From Candidatus Hydrogenedentota bacterium (GTDB lineage Bacteria; Hydrogenedentota; Hydrogenedentia; Hydrogenedentales; GCA-2746185), in assembly GCA_046583315.1 (NCBI GenBank), contig JAYGCN010000085.1, positions 1 to 50,176 on the forward strand: a DNA stretch of 50,176 nt. Reading direction: 5' to 3'. The notes under the pieces are model-generated. The model ran no database searches and had not been told where the DNA came from. It saw only the letters and a list, made by a program, of their open reading frames with translations. Numbering within the stretch: the stretch's first letter is position 1; every line of letters starts with the position of its first letter. This document shows, piece by piece, positions 46,123 to 50,176 of this stretch. Position numbers and translations under genes: made by a program.

Positions 46123-47559
46123 CTATTCCAAAACCTCAATCGACAACTGACCAATCACCGGCAAAATCTTCGTCTGCTCAAACAAATCACCCTCGGCCAG
46201 TTTAATATGCGTCGCATCGGCAATCGGCTGATCAAAGGTGGGATCGACCTCGACCCATTTTCCGATCCAGACCTTCGCCCACTGATGAAAATAGAAACCC
46301 GGCTTCGGACCTTCCACGTAAATTAACCCGGCCACCTCACGCGCCGGCAATCCCGCAGCCCGTGCCAGACCTATAAACAACATACTGTGTTCCGTGCAAT
46401 CGCCTTCCATATTTTCCAACACTTCGAGCGAATTCGTCAATCGCGCGGAAAACGTCGCGTGCATATTCTCGCTCACCCAATGGCATATCGCTTCGGACAC
46501 GGCCGCCGCGTTGGTCTCGTCACCCACAATCGATTTCGCGCGTTCCTGCATCTTGGCATTATCACTCTGCACAAACAAAGACGCCGCCTGCCATTCCGCG
46601 ACCGACGGCTCATCAATCGGCAAGGTCGCCGCGTCATACCCATCCAGCGAAATCTTTTTTCCCTCAAAAGTATACGAATCCACACGCTTCGACATGCTCT
46701 GCCGCTCATCATTAAACAGCACGTCCTCCGTCAACGGCCCTTTCACGCGCAACTTCAGCGACTCACGTGTTCTTGGTTTCGAAATCGGCGAGTCCACCAG
46801 CGCCGCGTTCGAAACGATCGTATCATTCGTATACTGTACATCCATCGCCACCTCTTTGGGTTCCAGACGCATCGTAATAACGCCGCCGGCAACCGTGTCC
46901 TCCAGCATCAGGCCATCAGCCGTCATGAATCCTTCCGATTCGATACCCATCAATGTCATTTCCGATTTCACCCGATACACTTCCGTCATAACACCGCCGA
47001 ACATTCGCTCTTCTTTTCCCAGGATCGTAATCCTGCCGTCGATTTCCATTTGGTACATCGGCTCGAATACGGAAAAAGTTACCGAATCACCCACCTTGGG
47101 GTTGTTCGCAATCAGATCCACGATTTTGATCATATCCTTGAGCGTCTCGGATGGTTTCGGAAATGTTTTCATAGTTTCCTGCCCGCCCACGCGCGACCGA
47201 AGGGTCATCGATTCTGCACCCACGTAGGCCTCAAAACGACTCGCTCCAGAAACATCCTCGACCGTCGATTCGATGCTCACCAGTCCGCCGTCGATCCCAT
47301 AGGTACGTTTGCTGAATATCCGCATCTCCTGTTTGACACCGACCATATTCAGCCTGAAAACCGCGTCCTCCACCACCGTGACGCGCCCAGCGTCTCCCTG
47401 GCTTACAGTCGAAGAGGAATACCCGATTTTCTTGCCCGTCATATACAGCCCGTACCACTCCTCCCCCAGAAACGGCTCCACATCAAAACCTTGCGCGTGG
47501 GTACCTACCGCGAAAACCATCGTCATTGCAGCCACCCACAAACCAACTACTACTCGCAT
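46123..47559 (-). CDS. Secreted transglutaminase-like domain protein
   Basis: AAGGAG SD before ATG 47559; signal peptide; GDCTEH..L...LARAAGLPAR, HQW and W..VDPT triad. Confidence 0.9.
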   Translation of the reverse strand: MRVVVGLWVAAMTMVFAVGTHAQGFDVEPFLGEEWYGLYMTGKKIGYSSSTVSQGDAGRVTVVEDAVFRLNMVGVKQEMRIFSKRTYGIDGGLVSIESTVEDVSGASRFEAYVGAESMTLRSRVGGQETMKTFPKPSETLKDMIKIVDLIANNPKVGDSVTFSVFEPMYQMEIDGRITILGKEERMFGGVMTEVYRVKSEMTLMGIESEGFMTADGLMLEDTVAGGVITMRLEPKEVAMDVQYTNDTIVSNAALVDSPISKPRTRESLKLRVKGPLTEDVLFNDERQSMSKRVDSYTFEGKKISLDGYDAATLPIDEPSVAEWQAASLFVQSDNAKMQERAKSIVGDETNAAAVSEAICHWVSENMHATFSARLTNSLEVLENMEGDCTEHSMLFIGLARAAGLPAREVAGLIYVEGPKPGFYFHQWAKVWIGKWVEVDPTFDQPIADATHIKLAEGDLFEQTKILPVIGQLSIEVLE

Positions 47560-47634
47560 GCTTGTCTCCTTGAAGTTCCAGACATCATACCACCCGCTTC
47601 CCCTAAAGGGATATAGAAAGTTCGGGCAATTCCG

Positions 47635-47882
47635 AAGCGTAACACAACCACGTCGTGATCCCCGCACGTCAATATCTGAACGAATCGCCTAAGCACTTCC
47701 GTCGCGTGATACCGCAAGGGACCCATCCCACCGTCAAGTGATCGCTGGTATTCTTCGTCTGACAACGCGCTTTCCGAAACACATTCGATGCTCTGTTCCT
47801 TCAGATACGGTATGAATTGCGTGACCCGATACCGCGGACTCGCCGCCACATCCGGATACAATGTCAGGAATAATACGCGCAC
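47635..47882 (-). pseudogene. N-terminal fragment of a GT4-type glycosyltransferase
   Basis: MRVLFLTLYP..AASPRYRV.QFIPYL...DVVVLR, about 80 aa, after which the frame runs into the next gene's promoter; no C-terminal donor domain. Confidence 0.65.
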
Positions 47883-47885
47883 GTT

Positions 47886-48518
47886 TTAATCCTTGCGATG
47901 AGGCAGTCGCTCGAAAGAACCAGGTTTCTTCATCACCTGCGACGCCGCCCCCTGGTAATCCTCGCTCGCCATCAACTCGTCAAAATCCCAATACACCTGT
48001 TCCTCCGGCTCGTTGCTGATTTCCAACTTGTAATAATAGGCCCCAACCTCTTTCGCAATCCCATACGACTCATGCAAATGTATCGCAAAATAAAACGTCT
48101 CGCCATCCATCATATAGATATAAAAATTCGGCTTCACATTGGCACCAAGCTGCGGGTCATAAGGCAACTGCACCGTCCGCCCCAGTCCCTCGGACATGAA
48201 TGCGGCAAAATCTTTCGATGTCATCGAATCGTGCGGATATGGAGGCCCTTCCACATCGGGATTCAGTTGTTCCTCCGCCGCAATCAGCACGTAATACTGA
48301 AGTTCTGATTCCCCCTGCAACGGATACCTGCCCGTTTTCGCGTGAAATTCCTCAATCAACTCACCCATGACGCGCATGTCGTTCAGCCGCATGATGTCCG
48401 CGTCGTACTGATACGACGCAGAAGTCCGACCATTACGCGCAAAAACAAAGGACCAGACGGTTACAATAGCAACAATCCCAATCACACCAGCCGCTATCCA
48501 CATTAATTGTTTCTTCAT
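47886..48518 (-). CDS. Membrane-anchored hypothetical protein with a pseudopilin/GspG-like segment
   Basis: N-terminal TM; D..R..D.......IEEF...TGRYP and LPYDPQ; no prepilin GFTLIE motif. Confidence 0.55.
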   Translation of the reverse strand: MKKQLMWIAAGVIGIVAIVTVWSFVFARNGRTSASYQYDADIMRLNDMRVMGELIEEFHAKTGRYPLQGESELQYYVLIAAEEQLNPDVEGPPYPHDSMTSKDFAAFMSEGLGRTVQLPYDPQLGANVKPNFYIYMMDGETFYFAIHLHESYGIAKEVGAYYYKLEISNEPEEQVYWDFDELMASEDYQGAASQVMKKPGSFERLPHRKD

Positions 48519-49684
48519 CTACTCTCCCCCAATTTGCCCAGCGCGACATCCAGCACGCGCGCCGCTTCAATGACATCCATACACCCCACTATATCCTTCG
48601 GACACCTCCCCGGTTCCTCATTGCTCAAATCATGATTCCAGCAGCCCTGACACTCCCGCTCGTTCGTGATCGGCGTGAACCGATCATCGTCCGCAATCAG
48701 TATCGCCGAATCCGTCGGGCCAAACAACCCAATCGTTTTCGTGCCCGCCGCAAGACTCAAATGCATCAGCCCCGAATCCGAACTGATCGTCAAATCCGCC
48801 TGATGCAACAAACACGCCGCCTCTCGCACACCCGTCCGCCCCGAAAAATCAGTCCCCACATCGATTCCCTCACCCTCCTGGCCAAGCACGATAACCCGGC
48901 ACCCTTTTTCCTCCAACGCCCGTCCCAAGGCCAACCAGCTTTCCTCCGGCCAACGTTTCGTAACCCAACTCGCCCCGCGACACAACGCGACCACGGGTCC
49001 CCCTACAAAGCGAAACAGCCGCTGCAAGCGGAACTGTATCGACTCAGGCATTTTAGGGTGATCCACCCACGGAAACAAGCCCGGTCCCACCTCCACATCA
49101 TGCCCAATCCGGTGAATCCGTTCAAAACCCGCGCGTTTGAAGATGCCCTTGATCATCGGACCCGTCAACGCCGTCTCCCACTCCTGCGGCTGCCAACGCC
49201 CAAACGGTGCCCACGTATTCTTCTCATACCAGCCCAGCCCCTCATACACCTTCTTCACAATACCCGCCACATTCCCGTAATTCGGTGCCGACAACAAGAA
49301 AAATCCGCCCGGCTTCAGCACCCGTCGAAATTCCGCCGCCGCCACATCCGGGTCCGGAATATGCTCATACGCATCAATGCAAAACACCGCGTCAAAGGTA
49401 GCATCTGCAAACGGTAACGCCGCCGCATCCGCCTGAGCCAACCGAATCCCCGCGCGACTCACCACAAAATCCGAACCCGTGTAATCCCCGCCCAACTCCG
49501 CCACGACGTCACCCGTATACGCCCGGCCACACCCCACATCCAAAACTTTCTTCCCGCCCAAATCAATCCCCAACCGCTCAAACACATCCAACAACAACCC
49601 ACGGTTCACCCCGTCCACCCCACCAAAAGGCGAACTCACCATCCGAGGATTATCCTCATAAAATTTAGCTACTGAATTAGACAT
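48515..49684 (-). CDS. In-frame chimera: class I SAM methyltransferase + C-terminal half of a GT9 (heptosyltransferase-like)
   Basis: VLDVGCG, DAAALPF..FDAV and RVLKPGG, then GASW.TKRW, DSGLMHL..A.G...IGLFGPT and C..C..C..CM. Confidence 0.8.
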   Translation of the reverse strand: MSNSVAKFYEDNPRMVSSPFGGVDGVNRGLLLDVFERLGIDLGGKKVLDVGCGRAYTGDVVAELGGDYTGSDFVVSRAGIRLAQADAAALPFADATFDAVFCIDAYEHIPDPDVAAAEFRRVLKPGGFFLLSAPNYGNVAGIVKKVYEGLGWYEKNTWAPFGRWQPQEWETALTGPMIKGIFKRAGFERIHRIGHDVEVGPGLFPWVDHPKMPESIQFRLQRLFRFVGGPVVALCRGASWVTKRWPEESWLALGRALEEKGCRVIVLGQEGEGIDVGTDFSGRTGVREAACLLHQADLTISSDSGLMHLSLAAGTKTIGLFGPTDSAILIADDDRFTPITNERECQGCWNHDLSNEEPGRCPKDIVGCMDVIEAARVLDVALGKLGESR

Positions 49685-49705
49685 AAATGTTGTTTTCGGT
49701 TTCTA

Positions 49706-49736
49706 ATCTGTGTTCGTCTGTGTAATCTGCGGACAA
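49706..49736. repeat. Solo CACAGAT-type arm
   Basis: ATCTGTGTTCGTCTGTGTAATCTGCGGACAA matches the reverse complement of 21693-21723 at 27/31 and 22123-22153 at 26/31. Confidence 0.8.
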
Positions 49737-49763
49737 AAGCCCTTAACAGTTTTCACTTTCTTC

Positions 49764-49782
49764 CTCTGCGTCTCTGCGTTAA
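49764..49782. repeat. 8-mer tandem arm (CTCTGCGT x2)
   Basis: CTCTGCGT-CTCTGCGT-TAA, overlapping the GT2 stop codon. Confidence 0.55.
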
Positions 49783-50176
49783 GCAGTTGTATTTTTCCCA
49801 TCCCCATACTTCCGATACCCCCGCCCAAACCGACTCCCCACATAAACCGCCACAGGCCTCACGACCGGAAACAAAAAATCCGCGCTACTCTTCAACGATC
49901 CCCGTTTCAATTCCCGCAACCATTGCACATACTTCGTCGGACTCAACCAATCATAAATCAAATCCAGCTCCGAATACCCGCAACCCATTAGTCGCAACGC
50001 TAAGCCCTCATTCCGACACCGTCCATACAACCCGCGCAAATCATAATCATGATGATGCCGCACTTTCGCGTCCTCAGGATACGAGCGCGTCCACCCCGTC
50101 GCCGCCAGCTTCATCTGAAACCGAAAATCCTCGCCCAGCGGTATCGGGTCAAATCGCAACGCTTCCCACGCGCTCC
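49779..50176 (-). CDS. GT2 glycosyltransferase, 5'-truncated by the window edge
   Basis: Frame open to the edge: SAWEALRF...GED.........Y..DA.VRHHHDY, typical of rhamnosyltransferase-like GT2 C-terminal regions. Confidence 0.7.
   Translation of the reverse strand, partial: SAWEALRFDPIPLGEDFRFQMKLAATGWTRSYPEDAKVRHHHDYDLRGLYGRCRNEGLALRLMGCGYSELDLIYDWLSPTKYVQWLRELKRGSLKSSADFLFPVVRPVAVYVGSRFGRGYRKYGDGKNTTA

Noticed and set aside
47886..48518. True type IV pilin / GspG
   Set aside because: No class III signal (G-F-T-L-x-E) and no T2SS or T4P genes nearby.

Overview
Bacterial chromosomal window of roughly 55-60% GC, densely coding. TolC/RND and AsmA-like genes imply a diderm; the lineage cannot be determined from the sequence. 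In order: 3' part of purA; an orphan TolC; an arsS (radical SAM/Cys-rich) operon with DUF547, a GT-C and a triple-fused glycosyltransferase; an FGE-domain protein; cyclophilin-pheA-pcrA (minus); rarA, a ThuA-like protein and an amidohydrolase; a frameshifted low-GC CxxC gene; a minus-strand sugar catabolism operon (PMI-like cupin, TIM-barrel isomerase, Gfo/Idh/MocA, RhaD-SDR) interrupted by a frameshifted GxxExxY nuclease gene between 35-bp inverted repeats; threonine synthase, a ketose 3-epimerase-family gene and DUF3500; a Cys-rich leader ORF followed by cusCBA; a sulfotransferase and a beta-helix protein; an ECF sigma with an anti-sigma-VWA partner; YdbH-like and YnbE/YdbL-like genes; a transglutaminase-like protein; and the end of an apparently decaying glycan operon (truncated GT4, methyltransferase-GT9 chimera, GT2). 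The most interesting signals are non-coding and absent from the ORF track. (1) The GxxExxY hairpin cassette, with solo arms elsewhere in the window. (2) A two-hairpin dispersed repeat family with compensatory indels. (3) Two matching sigmaE-type promoters. I found no tRNA, rRNA, CRISPR array or transposase. All family assignments are by-eye motif recognition, not database searches.
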